From contig CAMMFF010000002.1 in assembly GCA_946496065.1 (NCBI GenBank), positions 35,916-99,915 of the forward strand: 64,000 nucleotides of DNA. Reading direction: 5' to 3'. Below are positions 1 to 10,437 of this stretch, one piece after another; position 1 is the stretch's first letter, and the number at the start of each line of letters is the position of its first letter. The notes beneath the pieces are model-generated. The model was not told the DNA's origin, did no database searches, and worked only from the letters and a program-made list of their open reading frames with translations. Source of the DNA: an uncultured Clostridia bacterium. Its GTDB lineage: Bacteria > Bacillota > Clostridia > Christensenellales > UBA1242. Position numbers and translations under genes: made by a program.

Positions 1-344
1 GCATCCTCGGAAAGAAGTTTTTCAACGATAGTTGCAGAATAAGGCGCAACAAAATCTTCCAAAAACTTGCTTGCACAACTCATTTTTTTACCCTTATACA
101 AAATGTTGTCTTTGATTGCAACAGGAACACCTGCCAAAGCACCCAACTTTTCTTTTTTTGAAACCTTCGCATCAATTTCTTTTGCTTTGTCAATTGCATC
201 ATAAAAGATTTCAATCATGGCATTTAAATCTTTTTTATCTTCACATTGTTTAATGAAAAATCTAACAATTTCTTCACTGGACATTTTTCCAGAAGCGATG
301 CCATCACGAAGTTCCAAAAGCGAAAATTTTGAATAATCCATCAT
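1..344 (-). CDS. gatA: Asp-tRNA(Asn)/Glu-tRNA(Gln) amidotransferase subunit A, N-terminal part (runs off window start)
   Basis: Not in the ORF track. My minus-strand translation from the ATG at 344 reads MMDYSKFSLLELRDGIASGKMSSEEIVRFFIKQCEDKKDLNAMIEIFYDAIDKAKEIDAKVSKKEKLGALAGVPVAIKDNILYKGKKMSCASKFLEDFVAPYSATIVEKLLSEDA and is open to position 1. GVPxAIKDN is the GatA/amidase-type motif. ATGA start/stop overlap with gatC. Confidence 0.9.
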   Translation of the reverse strand, partial: MMDYSKFSLLELRDGIASGKMSSEEIVRFFIKQCEDKKDLNAMIEIFYDAIDKAKEIDAKVSKKEKLGALAGVPVAIKDNILYKGKKMSCASKFLEDFVAPYSATIVEKLLSED

Positions 345-613
345 TCCACCACCAGCGGAGTTACATAACATCCGTCCTTTTGTTTTGGTGTGTTCATAAG
401 CACCTCTTGTTGACTCATGCTGTCTTTTGGCTCGTCACTTCTCAATTGCGACAAAGAAATTGGATTATCTTTTTCCAAATCGTCAGGCAATTCCAATTGC
501 TTAATTTCATCAACAAAAGCGACAATACTGTCAAAGTCTTTTTCGAAGCTTGATTTCTCTTCTTCAGAGAATTTAAGCTTGCTTAAATATTCCAAATGTT
601 CAATTTTCTCCAT
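341..613 (-). CDS. gatC: Asp-tRNA(Asn)/Glu-tRNA(Gln) amidotransferase subunit C
   Basis: 90-aa ORF with GatC-like size and sequence (LSKLKFSEEEKSSFEKDFDSIVAFVDEI...LRSDEP). SD AAAGGAG lies upstream. It sits between aspS and gatA. Confidence 0.9.
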   Translation of the reverse strand: MEKIEHLEYLSKLKFSEEEKSSFEKDFDSIVAFVDEIKQLELPDDLEKDNPISLSQLRSDEPKDSMSQQEVLMNTPKQKDGCYVTPLVVE

Positions 614-625
614 ACCTTTTCTCCT

Positions 626-1924
626 TTAAGGAACCAATCGACTTGGTCCACGGAATACAAAAATAGAATCTTTAATGCTTGACAAATCAAGAAGTCTGGC
701 AATAAATCTGTCAATTCCAAAACCAATACCACCATGAGGAGGACAACCATATTTAAAGAATTCCAAATACCCAGCCATTTTGTCAGGATCAATGCCTTTT
801 TCTGCAATTTGTTTTTTCAAAACTTCATATCTATGTTCTCTGACAGCACCACTGTTCATTTCCCAACCACGGTAGAGAAGATCCAAGGACATACAATCCA
901 ATGAGTCATCGTCATATCTTTTTGAATAGAATGCACGAGCTTCTGCAGGATAGTCTGTAATGAAAACAAGTTCGCTTCCAAGATAATCTCTTGCATATTC
1001 ACATATCAACTTTTCAGCCTCAGGATCAAGGTCAAGTTGTTTTGCTTCAGGTACATCAATTCCATAAACTTCTTTAAAAATTTTGAATACATCACAAAGT
1101 TTGATTCTTGGAATTCTGTCAGTAGGAAGTTTGATTTCTGTGTCAAAAACAGATTTAATCAAACTGCCATATTTGTCTTTGACTTTTTGCAAAACATACA
1201 AAATCCAATCTTCTTCAAAATCCATAATCTCATGATGAGATTTGACGTCAGCAATTTCAAAATCGACACAAGTGCTTTCAGCGGTGTGACGAGCAGTATA
1301 AGATTTCTCTGCACGATAATAAGGTCCAATTTCAAAAACTTTTTCAAAACCAGATGCGATTGCCATTTGTTTGTAGAACTGTGGACTTTGTGTCAGATAT
1401 GCTTTTTGACCATAGTAATCAACTGCAAAAACTTCCGCACCACCCTCACTGCATTGAGAGGAAATTTTTGGAGTGTGAATTTCAATGAAACCATGCTCAA
1501 CAAAATATTCTCTCATCACATGCTCAACATAGGTTCTAATTTCAAACACCAATCTTTTTTTCTCATCACGAAGGTCAATCCAACGATAATCCAACTTCAA
1601 TTCTGGAGCACTTTCACTGTCGATTGGCATGTTTTGAGCAACACTTTCGACCGTGACCTCTTTTGGCAAAAATTCGACTCCACCAAGTTTAACAAAATCT
1701 GCTTTCACAGCTGTTCCCATAACTCTGATAACGCTGTCTCTCATAAGACCAGCCAAAGTTTTGGCAAGTTCTGGCATTTTAGCCTTTTCAATGGTAACTT
1801 GAATTTGTCCACTTCTATCTCTCAGGACAAGAAATAACATAGTTTTTTGTTCTCTGAATTTTTCAATCCAACCAGATATCTCACATTCAACACCGACTTC
1901 AACATCTTTAATTTCAGTTTTCAT
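626..1924 (-). CDS. aspS: Aspartate--tRNA ligase, archaeal/class IIb short type (probably non-discriminating Asp/Asn)
   Basis: 432 aa. GFIEIHTPKI, EGGAEVF...AYLTQSPQFYKQ, FKYGCPPHGGIGFGIDR and C-terminal RLVP match my memory of archaeal-type AspRS better than AsnRS. Directly followed by gatCA. SD AAGGGAG. Confidence 0.85.
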   Translation of the reverse strand: MKTEIKDVEVGVECEISGWIEKFREQKTMLFLVLRDRSGQIQVTIEKAKMPELAKTLAGLMRDSVIRVMGTAVKADFVKLGGVEFLPKEVTVESVAQNMPIDSESAPELKLDYRWIDLRDEKKRLVFEIRTYVEHVMREYFVEHGFIEIHTPKISSQCSEGGAEVFAVDYYGQKAYLTQSPQFYKQMAIASGFEKVFEIGPYYRAEKSYTARHTAESTCVDFEIADVKSHHEIMDFEEDWILYVLQKVKDKYGSLIKSVFDTEIKLPTDRIPRIKLCDVFKIFKEVYGIDVPEAKQLDLDPEAEKLICEYARDYLGSELVFITDYPAEARAFYSKRYDDDSLDCMSLDLLYRGWEMNSGAVREHRYEVLKKQIAEKGIDPDKMAGYLEFFKYGCPPHGGIGFGIDRFIARLLDLSSIKDSIFVFRGPSRLVP

Positions 1925-1994
1925 AATAAACTCCCTTTTATTTTATCAAATTTTAATTAATATTAAAAATAAATATATTACTTTTTATAAATTT

Positions 1995-2051
1995 CTAAAT
2001 CAAACTCACCTCGCCCAACAGGGCGTTAATTTTATATCTCAAAAATTTCAT
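1995..2051 (-). other. Second SD-preceded mini-ORF (18 codons, MKFLRYKINALLGEVSLI) in the aspS leader, containing hairpin CGCCC-TGTT-GGGCG
   Basis: AAAGGAG, 7 nt, then ATG at 2051; TAG at 1997..1995. The hairpin lies at 2012..2025. Function unknown. Confidence 0.3.
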
Positions 2052-2083
2052 AACATTTCTCCTTTAAAGACAAAAATTATAAC

Positions 2084-2114
2084 AAAAAAACGGAGTAGGT
2101 TCTCTCCTACTCCG
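2084..2114 (-). terminator. Intrinsic terminator inside the aspS leader (attenuator terminator)
   Basis: Minus strand reads CGGAGTAGG-AGAGAA-CCTACTCCG followed by TTTTTTT. It lies 25 nt after the leader-ORF stop and about 160 nt before the aspS ATG. Confidence 0.8.
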
Positions 2115-2139
2115 CCAATCAACTTTTTTCTGTCAACTG

Positions 2140-2226
2140 TTAATCAACAACGCAAAAGGAACCCATTAAGTTTAATGTGTTATTATTGTTATTATTGTTG
2201 TTGTTAACAGTAACAAAACTAAACAT
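2140..2226 (-). CDS. Asn-rich leader peptide (28 aa: MFSFVTVNNNNNNNNNTLNLMGSFCVVD)
   Basis: Not in the ORF track because it is too short. SD AAAGGAG lies 6 nt before the ATG at 2226. Nine consecutive Asn codons (AAC AAC AAC AAT AAT AAC AAT AAT AAC). TAA at 2142..2140. A terminator follows. Confidence 0.55.
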   Translation of the reverse strand: MFSFVTVNNNNNNNNNTLNLMGSFCVVD

Positions 2227-2254
2227 AACCTGCTCCTTTAAAAATTATATTATC

Positions 2255-2283
2255 ATTTTAATAGAAAAATTTGCATTTGTCAA
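2255..2283 (-). promoter_or_regulatory. Sigma-A-type promoter of the leader-aspS-gatCA unit
   Basis: Minus strand: TTGACA (2283..2278), 17 nt, TAAAAT (2260..2255). Confidence 0.6.
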
Positions 2284-2304
2284 GACTATTTTAATATAAC
2301 AATT

Positions 2305-2907
2305 TTAATACTGCAGAATTTTTTGATCATTTTGAGATTCATCTTTTCGCTCTTTAGCAAAAAAATCTCTTATTTTTCTCCAACTTTGAAAAGTTGATAA
2401 ATTGCCCTTTTTTAATCTTTTACCATTCTTTTTCACAATTGGTGAAAACAAAATTGGAATGGCACTTATCTCTTTTTGAACACTCTTACATGTCATCTCA
2501 ATGTCATCAATAAAATAATCTAATCTTGCAAATTTAACAAAATCAACTTTATTGTTGCACCCTAAAATCAATTTATCGTATTTTACTCCACTTCGCTTTA
2601 AAACATCAACAGTCATCGCCACAACAGATTTGAAACAAGGTCTATTTGAAACAAAATAAATCTCATAACCTCTTTGAGAAAGTTCATTAATAGTTTTTAC
2701 TGCATTTGTATAGAATGTATATTCATTTGGGTTTAAAAATTTGAAAATCTTATTAATAACCGAGCATTTATATATTTTTTCATCTGTAATTACATGATAA
2801 TTCAAAATCTTACCTCTATTAAAATTAAAGGTATTCATCCATCTATAAATTATAGAATTACAACTAAATAAAGTTTTATCTAAATCAATCCCTATTTTCT
2901 TTTTCAT
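2305..2907 (-). CDS. HAD-superfamily hydrolase/phosphatase
   Basis: N-terminal motif IGIDLDKTL (DxDxT). Later FVSNR and FIDD motifs fit HAD motifs II-IV. I place the start at ATG 2907. The track start at 2943 is a TTG that coincides with the -35 box. Confidence 0.7.
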   Translation of the reverse strand: MKKKIGIDLDKTLFSCNSIIYRWMNTFNFNRGKILNYHVITDEKIYKCSVINKIFKFLNPNEYTFYTNAVKTINELSQRGYEIYFVSNRPCFKSVVAMTVDVLKRSGVKYDKLILGCNNKVDFVKFARLDYFIDDIEMTCKSVQKEISAIPILFSPIVKKNGKRLKKGNLSTFQSWRKIRDFFAKERKDESQNDQKILQY

Positions 2908-2914
2908 ATTGAAA

Positions 2915-2943
2915 ATTATATAATAAATTAAAACATTTTTCAA
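2915..2943 (-). promoter_or_regulatory. Consensus promoter positioned for a leaderless HAD mRNA
   Basis: Minus strand: TTGAAA, 17 nt, TATAAT, then only 7 nt (TTTCAAT) before ATG 2907. No SD. Confidence 0.5.
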
Positions 2944-2954
2944 GCCCTAAAATG

Positions 2955-2985
2955 ACGAAATAAAAAACAAGTGCTTAGCACTTGT
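2955..2985 (-). terminator. Intrinsic terminator after rpoC
   Basis: ACAAGTGC-TAA-GCACTTGT followed by TTTTTTATTT on the minus strand, starting 3 nt after the rpoC stop. Confidence 0.8.
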
Positions 2986-2987
2986 TT

Positions 2988-5900
2988 TTATCCAACATTT
3001 TCTTCTGTTTCAACCTTAACAGGAACAACAGTTCTATATTTCTTAAGTCCAGTACCAGCAGGAATAAGTTTTCCAATGATAACATTTTCCTTAATACCCA
3101 TAAGATTGTCGACCTTGCCTTTGATGGCAGCATCTGTCAAAACCCTTGATGTTTCCTGGAATGATGAAGCAGAAAGGAATGATTCAGTAGAAAGAGAAGC
3201 TTTTGTGATACCCAAAAGAATTCTTCTTGCAATAGCAGGTTTTCCACCGGCCTTCAAAACTCTTTCATTTTCTTCATCACAACGAGAAATGTCAACAATT
3301 TCACCAGAAAGAAGATTTGTGTCTCCAGAATCTTCAATCTTAACTTTCTTAAGCATCTGTCTGATGATGATTTCGATATGTTTGTCATTAACCTTAACAT
3401 CTTGACCACGATAAACAGAGATAACTTCTGAAAGCAAATATTGTTGAAGCCCTTTAAGACCTTTTGTCACAAGCAAATCTGTTGGGTTGATTGCACCAGC
3501 AGTAAGTTGAGTTCCTGGTTCAACAGTTTCACCATTCTTAACTTTGAGAACGGCAGGTTTTCTAACTTCATAATCAATGTCGCCTTCGCCTGTCACAATT
3601 GTGATCAAATAGTTCTTAGCATCTTCTTTGATGTGAACCTTTCCAGAAACTTCTGAAAGCAAACATTCACCCTTAGGTCTTCTTGCTTCAAAGATTTCTT
3701 CAACTCTAGGAAGACCTTGAGTAATATCGGCAGCAACCGCAGCACCACCAGTGTGGAAAGTTCTCATTGTAAGCTGTGTACCAGGTTCGCCAATTGATTG
3801 AGCAGCAATAATACCAACTGCTTCACCCAATGTAACCATATCCTTGCCAGCAAGGTTTCTTCCGTAACATTTTGCACAAACGCCATGTTTGCAACGGCAA
3901 GTGATAAGAGAACGAATTTGAACTTCTTTGATTCCAGCTTTTGTCACTCTTGCGGCTTGTTCTTTGGAAATCATAGTGTTTGCAGGAACGATAACTTCCT
4001 TAGTCTTAGGATCAACGATGTCATCAACTGCAACTCTTCCATAGATTCTTTCTTCCAAAGTTTCTTGAACAAAACCGTCTTTAACAAGGTCAGAAACCAT
4101 AACACCCTTAACTTTTTCACCAGCATCAGCAAAGCAGTCTTCTGTTGTGATGACAACATCTTGAGCAATATCAACAAGTCTTCTTGTCAAATAACCAGAG
4201 TCAGCAGTTTTAAGAGCGGTGTCTGACAAACCTTTTCTTGAACCACGAGAGTTGATGAAATATTCAATTGGTGTCAAACCTTGTTTGAATGAAGATTTGA
4301 TAGGTGTATCGTTCTTAACACCGGAAGCTGTGGCTTTAATACCAATCATACCACAGTCTTGGTTCAACTGAACGGCGTTACCACGAGCACCAGAACCAAC
4401 CATCAAGTTGAATGGATTGAATGTATCCATATCTTTAACAACAGCATTTTGAACCTGTTGAACTGCATCGTTCCAAATTGCAACGTTTTCATTGATCTTT
4501 TCGTCAAGAGTGATAAGACCACGACGAAGCAATTTTTCATTTTCAAGAACTTTTGATTCAGCTTCTTTCAATATCTCCGCTTTTTCCTTTGGTTCTTGAA
4601 TGTCATAAATATTAACAGAGATAGAAGCCAAAGTTGAATATTTATAACCAATATCTTTAAGTCTATCAACAAGTTTAGAACATTCTGTTGTTCCAAATTT
4701 ATCATAACAATCAGCAACAAGTTTGCCCAAATCCTTTTTCTTAACAGGTTTGTTGATTTCAAGGTCGCAAACATTTTCTGGATTGCTTCTGTCAACATAT
4801 CCCAAGTTTTGTGGAATGATGTTGTTGAACAAAATTCTACCAACAGTAGTTGTAACTCTCTTTGTATATGTCTTTCCGTCAACTTCTTTTGAAAGTCTGA
4901 CAGTGATTTCTGCTTGCAAATCCAAATTCTTTGTTTGGTATGCATAGATAACTTCGTTCTTAGAAGCGAAGATGGATCCTTCACCCTTTGCACCTGGCTT
5001 AATCAAAGTCAAGTAATAGCAACCAAGAACAACGTCTTGAGCAGGAGTAACGATAGGTTCACCATCAGCAAGTTTCAAAATGTTGTTAGAAGCGAGCATC
5101 AAAGTTCTTGCTTCTGTTCTTGCATCGATAGAAAGAGGAATATGAACAGGCATTTGGTCACCGTCGAAGTCAGCGTTGAATGCGGCACACACAGATGGGT
5201 GAAGCTTAATCGCCTTTCCTTCAACGAGAACTGGTTCAAATGCTTGAACTGAAAGTCTGTGAAGAGTTGGGGCACGGTTCAAGAGAACTGGGTGATCTTT
5301 GATAACATCAGCCAAAACGTCCCAAACAATAGGCTTTTCTCTTTCAATCATACGTTTAGCACTCTTGATATTGTTTGATTGATTCATATCAATAAGTCTG
5401 TTGATGATAAAAGGTTTGAAAAGTTCAAGAGCCATTTCTTTTGGAAGACCGCATTGATACATCTTAAGTTCAGGACCAACAACGATAACTGAACGACCAG
5501 AATAGTCAACACGCTTACCAAGAAGGTTTTGTCTGAATCTACCTTGTTTACCGCCAAGCATAGCAGTAAGTGATTTCAAATCTCTTTGCTTGCTGCCTTG
5601 AACAGGTTTTCCACGTTTACCATTGTCAATCAAGTTGTCAACAGCTTCTTGAAGCATTCTCTTTTCGTTTCTGATGATGACATCAGGAGCTCCAAGTTCC
5701 ATCAATTTTTTCAAACGATTGTTTCTGTTGATAACACGACGATACAAATCGTTCAAGTCACTTGTTGCATATCTACCACCGTCCAATGGAACCATAGGAC
5801 GCAAATCTGGTGGAAGAACAGGAATAACATCAAGAACCATCCAAGTTGGATTGTTTCCACTCTTTCTGAAAGATTCAACAACATCAAGTTTCTTTGCAGC

Positions 5901-6518
5901 CTTAACCTTTCTTTGTCCTTTTGATGTTTTGATTTCTTCTTTCAAAGCAGCACTTTCTTTTTCAAGGTCAATGTCGCCAAGCAATTTCTTGATTGCCTCA
6001 GCGCCCATTCCAGCATCAAAACTGCCATAACCATATTTTTCAATAGCGTCACGATATTCCTTATCATTCAAGATTTGTTTGTATTCCAAATCTGTGTTTT
6101 TAGGGTCTGTAACGATGTAGTTGATATAATAAACTACTTGTTCCAAAGTTTTTGGAGTCAAGTCAAGGAGAGTTCCAATTCTTGAAGGAATAGATCTGAA
6201 ATACCAAAGATGAGTGCAAGGAGCAGCAAGTTCAATGTGTCCCATTCTTTCACGACGAACTTTTGATCTTGTAACTTCAACCCCACATTTGTCACAGACA
6301 ACACCACGGTAACGAATTCTCTTATATTTACCGCAGTGACATTCCCAGTCCTTCTTAGGTCCAAAAATCTTTTCGCAGAAAAGACCGTCCTTTTCAGGTT
6401 TCTGAGTTCTGTAATTGATAGTTTCAGGTTTTGTTACTTCGCCATGAGACCATTCTCTGATTTTTTCAGGTGAAGCAATTCCTATTTTAATTTTTTCAAA
6501 GTTGTTAAGTTCAAACAT
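2988..6518 (-). CDS. rpoC: DNA-directed RNA polymerase subunit beta'
   Basis: 1176 aa. Zn-finger [23 protein letters not shown], catalytic NADFDGDQM, and the trigger-loop region are all unmistakably RpoC. Confidence 0.99.
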   Translation of the reverse strand: MFELNNFEKIKIGIASPEKIREWSHGEVTKPETINYRTQKPEKDGLFCEKIFGPKKDWECHCGKYKRIRYRGVVCDKCGVEVTRSKVRRERMGHIELAAPCTHLWYFRSIPSRIGTLLDLTPKTLEQVVYYINYIVTDPKNTDLEYKQILNDKEYRDAIEKYGYGSFDAGMGAEAIKKLLGDIDLEKESAALKEEIKTSKGQRKVKAAKKLDVVESFRKSGNNPTWMVLDVIPVLPPDLRPMVPLDGGRYATSDLNDLYRRVINRNNRLKKLMELGAPDVIIRNEKRMLQEAVDNLIDNGKRGKPVQGSKQRDLKSLTAMLGGKQGRFRQNLLGKRVDYSGRSVIVVGPELKMYQCGLPKEMALELFKPFIINRLIDMNQSNNIKSAKRMIEREKPIVWDVLADVIKDHPVLLNRAPTLHRLSVQAFEPVLVEGKAIKLHPSVCAAFNADFDGDQMPVHIPLSIDARTEARTLMLASNNILKLADGEPIVTPAQDVVLGCYYLTLIKPGAKGEGSIFASKNEVIYAYQTKNLDLQAEITVRLSKEVDGKTYTKRVTTTVGRILFNNIIPQNLGYVDRSNPENVCDLEINKPVKKKDLGKLVADCYDKFGTTECSKLVDRLKDIGYKYSTLASISVNIYDIQEPKEKAEILKEAESKVLENEKLLRRGLITLDEKINENVAIWNDAVQQVQNAVVKDMDTFNPFNLMVGSGARGNAVQLNQDCGMIGIKATASGVKNDTPIKSSFKQGLTPIEYFINSRGSRKGLSDTALKTADSGYLTRRLVDIAQDVVITTEDCFADAGEKVKGVMVSDLVKDGFVQETLEERIYGRVAVDDIVDPKTKEVIVPANTMISKEQAARVTKAGIKEVQIRSLITCRCKHGVCAKCYGRNLAGKDMVTLGEAVGIIAAQSIGEPGTQLTMRTFHTGGAAVAADITQGLPRVEEIFEARRPKGECLLSEVSGKVHIKEDAKNYLITIVTGEGDIDYEVRKPAVLKVKNGETVEPGTQLTAGAINPTDLLVTKGLKGLQQYLLSEVISVYRGQDVKVNDKHIEIIIRQMLKKVKIEDSGDTNLLSGEIVDISRCDEENERVLKAGGKPAIARRILLGITKASLSTESFLSASSFQETSRVLTDAAIKGKVDNLMGIKENVIIGKLIPAGTGLKKYRTVVPVKVETEENVG

Positions 6519-6613
6519 ATCAAATTCCCCTTAATTTTTTCATGTGAACATATGCTCACTTATTTTTCAAATGTTTTCACATTCAAAAACTCATAAAGTT
6601 TGGTTCCCCAGAA

Positions 6614-9600
6614 CTATTCGTCAAAATCTCCAAAATCATCGAAGAGGTCAATATCTTCAAGACTTGAAGGCATTGCAGTTTCTTCTTCAATTTCTTTTTG
6701 AACTTCTGTCTTTTCGTCAGTGTCAGAAATCATATCATCAATGTCAATTGTGACATTCTTCAAATCTTTCTCAACATCTGCGTCAAGTCCAACTTTGTCT
6801 TGTTCGTCCTGAGAGAGTTCTGGAAGTTCAATCTCTTCATCATTTTCTGTCAAAATCTTGACATCAAGTGCAAGAGCCTGCAATTCCTTAACCAAAACTT
6901 TGAAGCTTTCTGGAATTCCAGGTTCAGCAATAGGTTGACCTTTGACAATAGCTTCAAAAGTTTTAACTCTTCCGACAACATCATCGGACTTAACAGTAAG
7001 CATTTCTTGAAGAACATGAGAAGCACCATAAGCTTCCAAAGCCCAAACTTCCATTTCACCAAATCTTTGGCCACCGAAGAGCGCTTTACCGCCGAGTGGT
7101 TGTTGAGTGATGAGTGAGTATGGTCCAATTGAACGAGCATGAATCTTGCTGTCAACCATGTGGTTAAGTTTAAGCATATATTTCATACCAATAGTGGTTT
7201 TGTTTTCAAAAGGTTCCCCTGTTCTGCCGTCGTAAAGTTGAACTTTGCCATCAGCAGGGAAGTTGTTTTCAACCAAAAGTTGTTGAATCTTTTCTGCATC
7301 AGCACCATCAAAGTCAGGAGTTGCAACTTTCCAACCAAGTGAGCCAGCAACAAGACCCAAGTGAACTTCCAAAACTTGTCCCAAGTTCATACGAGAAGGA
7401 ACGCCAAGTGGGTTGAGAACGATGTCAAGAGGACGACCATTAGCCATGAATGGCATATCAGCTTCTGGCATAACGATTGAGATACAACCTTTGTTTCCGT
7501 AACGTCCACTCATTTTGTCGCCGACAGAGAGTTTTCTCTTCTGAGCGATAAAAACTTTAACAAGTTCATTAACTCCTGGTTCAAGTTCGTCTTTGTTCTT
7601 TCTGCTGAACACTTGAACATCAACGACAACACCACCCTTACCATGTTGAACACGAAGTGATGTGTCTCTAACTTCTCTAGCCTTTTCACCAAAGATAGCA
7701 CGAAGCAATCTTTCTTCAGGAGAGAGTTCAGTTTCACCCTTAGGAGTAACTTTTCCAACCAAGATATCTCCCGCTCTAACCTCAGCACCAATTCTGATGA
7801 TACCATTTTCGTCAAGGTTCTTGAGAGCATCTTCACCAAGATTTGGAATATCTCTTGTGATTTGTTCGTCACCAAGTTTTGTTGTTCTACATTTCAATTC
7901 TTCAACTTTCAAACAGATTGAAGTAAAGACATCTTCCTTGACCAATCTTTCATTGATAAGGATAGCGTCTTCGTAGTTGTAACCTTCCCAGTTCATGTAT
8001 CCAACAAGGACGTTCTTTCCAAGAGCAAGTTCTCCGTTATCAGTTGAATATCCATCAATAATAACTTCGCCTTTCTTAACTTTTTCACCTTTAACAACGC
8101 AAGGTTTTTGGTTGAAGCAGGTTTCGTCATTAGTTTTGTCAAATTTAATCAAGTTGTAGATGTCGATGTCGCCTTTAACATTCTTAACACGAACTTCGTC
8201 AGCACTGACATAAACAACTTCGCCGTCTTCTCTTGCAAGTTGAGTATATCCACAATCATGAGCAACAATTGCTTCCATTCCAGTTCCAACGATTGGAGCT
8301 TCTGGTCTAAGAAGAGGCACTGCCTGACGTTGCATGTTTGCACCCATCAACGCTCTGTTCGCTTCGTTTGAGTTAACGAAAGGAATAAGTGATGTAGCAA
8401 CAGAAATGAATTGTCTTGGAGAAGCATCAACAAAATCAACTTGTCTTGCAGGCACTTCGATTGCGTAATCTTTGTGACGGCAAACAACTCTCTTGTTGAT
8501 GAATCTTCCTTCTTCATCAAGTGGTTCAGTTGCTTGTGCGATGTATGCTGTGTCTTCAATGTCAGCCATGAAGTATTCACATTTGTCAGAAACCTTTCCT
8601 GTTTCTTTGTCAACTCTTCTATATGGAGTTTCAAGGAAACCATATTCGTTAACCTTTGCATAACTTGTCAAAGTGTTAACAAGACCGATGGCCTGACCTT
8701 CAGGAGTTTCAATAGGACAAATTCTTCCATAGTTTGTGTAGTGAATATCACGAACTTCGGCATCAGCTCTTTCCTTCTTAATACCTCCAGGACCAACTGC
8801 GGAAACACGACGTTTTTGTGTGATTCCAGAAAGTGGGTTAACTTGATCCATAAGTTGAGAAAGCTGAGAAGATGCAACGAAATCTCTGAGCGCTCTATTG
8901 ATTGCTTTAGGGTTGACAATTTGTCTTGGAGTAACTTCAGAAAGTTCCTTTCCTTGCAAAGTTTCTCTGATGTTTGCAACAAGTTTTGTCACACCACTAC
9001 GGAAGTGGTCATAGAAAAGTTCGCCAACTGTTGCAATTCTCTTGTTTGACAAGTGTTCAATCTTGTCTGTCTTTGCAATATCTTCCAAAACATCAAGATA
9101 CATGCTTATTGCTGCCAAGATGTCGTCCATAGTGAGAGTTGTGATCATCAAATCCTTAGCATGTTCTTTGATTGCTTGCATTCTCTTTTCTTTTGTTTTG
9201 TTTTCTTTCAAAATTTCAGCAAGAACTGGATAATAAACTTCTTCCAAAATTCCGAGAGATTTTTCATCACAAGGGAAAACATCAGAAAGTTTAACTCTGT
9301 TGTTTCCTCTCATTAAATATTTTTTGTCTGGAAGTTGAATCCAAACTTCATTCACACCACTAGCTTTGATTTTGTGAGCAATTTCTGGAGTTGCTTCTTG
9401 TCCAGCCTTAGCGATGATTTCGCCATCTGGAGAGATGACATCTTCTGCCAAGATATGTCCCAAAACTCTTCTTTCAATAGAGAATTTTTTGTTAAGGTTA
9501 TATCTTCCAACTCTTGAAAGGTTGTACCATTGTTCTGAGAAGAACCAAAGGTTCAAATAACTTCTGGTTGTTTCAGCAGATGGAACATCAGCTGGTCTTG

Positions 9601-10318
9601 TCTTTCTAGCAAATTCCAAAAGGGCTTCTTCTTGAGTGTTTTGTGTTTCTTTTTCAAGAACATTTTTGATAAGTCTGTGACCACCAAACAATTTTGAAAT
9701 TTCATCAGCAGTGTAACCAAAACACTTAAGGAAAAGTCCAAGTGTGATTTTGTGTTTTCTGTCAAGAACAACTTTGAGAACTTCATTTGCTCCCTGTTCA
9801 AATTCAATGTACATACCACGCTTAGGAATGATTTGTCCGTGGAGAGTGGTGTTGTCTCTTGTCTTATCTCTCAAAAGATAGTAATTTGGAGATTTGATAA
9901 TTTGATTAACAACAACTCTTTCAACGCCATTGAAAATGAAAGAACAATCTTCGGTCATATAAGGAATATCACCCAAGAAAACAACATCTTCAACTGCCTG
10001 ACCAGTTTCTTCAACAACAAAACGAGTCTTGACATTGAGTGGAATAGAATAAGTTGCACTTCTTCTCTTGCACTCTTTTTTTGAATATTTTGGCTCTTTG
10101 TCCATCACAACATCAAGGAAATAGAGTTTTGCTTTTCCAGAATAATCAACGACAGGAGAAAATTCATCAAGAACTTCCTTGATGCCGTTTTCAATGAAAT
10201 CTTTATATGAATTTCTTTGGATTTCAAGAAGAGGTGGAATATCGATATAGTCTTTGAGTTGAGCAAAGGTATATCTTTCCGTTTTTCCGAATTTTTGTTT
10301 TTTCATGATATCAGACAT
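6614..10318 (-). CDS. rpoB: DNA-directed RNA polymerase subunit beta
   Basis: 1234 aa with canonical RpoB blocks ([33 protein letters not shown]). SD GAGGAG. Confidence 0.99.
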   Translation of the reverse strand: MSDIMKKQKFGKTERYTFAQLKDYIDIPPLLEIQRNSYKDFIENGIKEVLDEFSPVVDYSGKAKLYFLDVVMDKEPKYSKKECKRRSATYSIPLNVKTRFVVEETGQAVEDVVFLGDIPYMTEDCSFIFNGVERVVVNQIIKSPNYYLLRDKTRDNTTLHGQIIPKRGMYIEFEQGANEVLKVVLDRKHKITLGLFLKCFGYTADEISKLFGGHRLIKNVLEKETQNTQEEALLEFARKTRPADVPSAETTRSYLNLWFFSEQWYNLSRVGRYNLNKKFSIERRVLGHILAEDVISPDGEIIAKAGQEATPEIAHKIKASGVNEVWIQLPDKKYLMRGNNRVKLSDVFPCDEKSLGILEEVYYPVLAEILKENKTKEKRMQAIKEHAKDLMITTLTMDDILAAISMYLDVLEDIAKTDKIEHLSNKRIATVGELFYDHFRSGVTKLVANIRETLQGKELSEVTPRQIVNPKAINRALRDFVASSQLSQLMDQVNPLSGITQKRRVSAVGPGGIKKERADAEVRDIHYTNYGRICPIETPEGQAIGLVNTLTSYAKVNEYGFLETPYRRVDKETGKVSDKCEYFMADIEDTAYIAQATEPLDEEGRFINKRVVCRHKDYAIEVPARQVDFVDASPRQFISVATSLIPFVNSNEANRALMGANMQRQAVPLLRPEAPIVGTGMEAIVAHDCGYTQLAREDGEVVYVSADEVRVKNVKGDIDIYNLIKFDKTNDETCFNQKPCVVKGEKVKKGEVIIDGYSTDNGELALGKNVLVGYMNWEGYNYEDAILINERLVKEDVFTSICLKVEELKCRTTKLGDEQITRDIPNLGEDALKNLDENGIIRIGAEVRAGDILVGKVTPKGETELSPEERLLRAIFGEKAREVRDTSLRVQHGKGGVVVDVQVFSRKNKDELEPGVNELVKVFIAQKRKLSVGDKMSGRYGNKGCISIVMPEADMPFMANGRPLDIVLNPLGVPSRMNLGQVLEVHLGLVAGSLGWKVATPDFDGADAEKIQQLLVENNFPADGKVQLYDGRTGEPFENKTTIGMKYMLKLNHMVDSKIHARSIGPYSLITQQPLGGKALFGGQRFGEMEVWALEAYGASHVLQEMLTVKSDDVVGRVKTFEAIVKGQPIAEPGIPESFKVLVKELQALALDVKILTENDEEIELPELSQDEQDKVGLDADVEKDLKNVTIDIDDMISDTDEKTEVQKEIEEETAMPSSLEDIDLFDDFGDFDE

Positions 10319-10331
10319 AATACACTCCTCA

Positions 10332-10380
10332 AAAAATTAAAAAAAGGAAATATGGGGGCACAGAAACCTCCTTATTCCCT
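10332..10380 (-). terminator. Terminator-like hairpin (candidate attenuator) in the rpoB 5' leader
   Basis: Minus strand: GGGAATAAGGAGG-TTTCTGTG-CCCCCATATTTCC (12 pairs with 2 mismatches) followed by TTTTTTTAATTTTTT. It ends 13 nt before the rpoB SD. Confidence 0.5.
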
Positions 10381-10437
10381 GATTTTTAAGTTAAAAATGG
10401 TAAAAATTTTTTCAACATTGCGCCAACTAACCAATTA

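Noticed and set aside
341-344. Possibility of genetic code 4 (TGA=Trp), given the Mollicutes-like giant lipoproteins and AT-richness.
   Set aside because: gatC terminates at a TGA that overlaps the gatA ATG. All long ORFs are intact under the standard code with TGG for Trp.
1037-1837. 266-aa plus-strand ORF antisense to aspS. Similar long antisense ORFs occur at 8411..9049, 22325..23293 and 26301..27035.
   Set aside because: Each lies entirely inside a confidently identified minus-strand gene and translates to low-complexity, Phe/Cys/Asn-rich sequence with no SD. The purine-rich sense strands make the complement T-rich and stop-poor, which explains these shadow ORFs.
2161-2210. The AAC/AAT run as a mere microsatellite or phase-variation tract.
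   Set aside because: The tract mixes AAC and AAT irregularly rather than being a perfect repeat. It is in frame within an SD-led ORF and is followed by a terminator, which fits a leader peptide better than slipped-strand variation.
6614-6860. Long acidic C-terminal tail of RpoB (…[13 protein letters not shown]).
   Set aside because: Firmicute RpoB proteins, B. subtilis included, normally end in an acidic tail, so this is not unusual enough to flag.
10329-10361. 10-codon GTG mini-ORF ([10 protein letters not shown]) with a strong SD-like AAGGAGG in the rpoB leader.
   Set aside because: The 'SD' and the Pro codons are simply the G-rich and C-rich arms of the terminator-like hairpin. I mention it under that finding but do not call it a gene.
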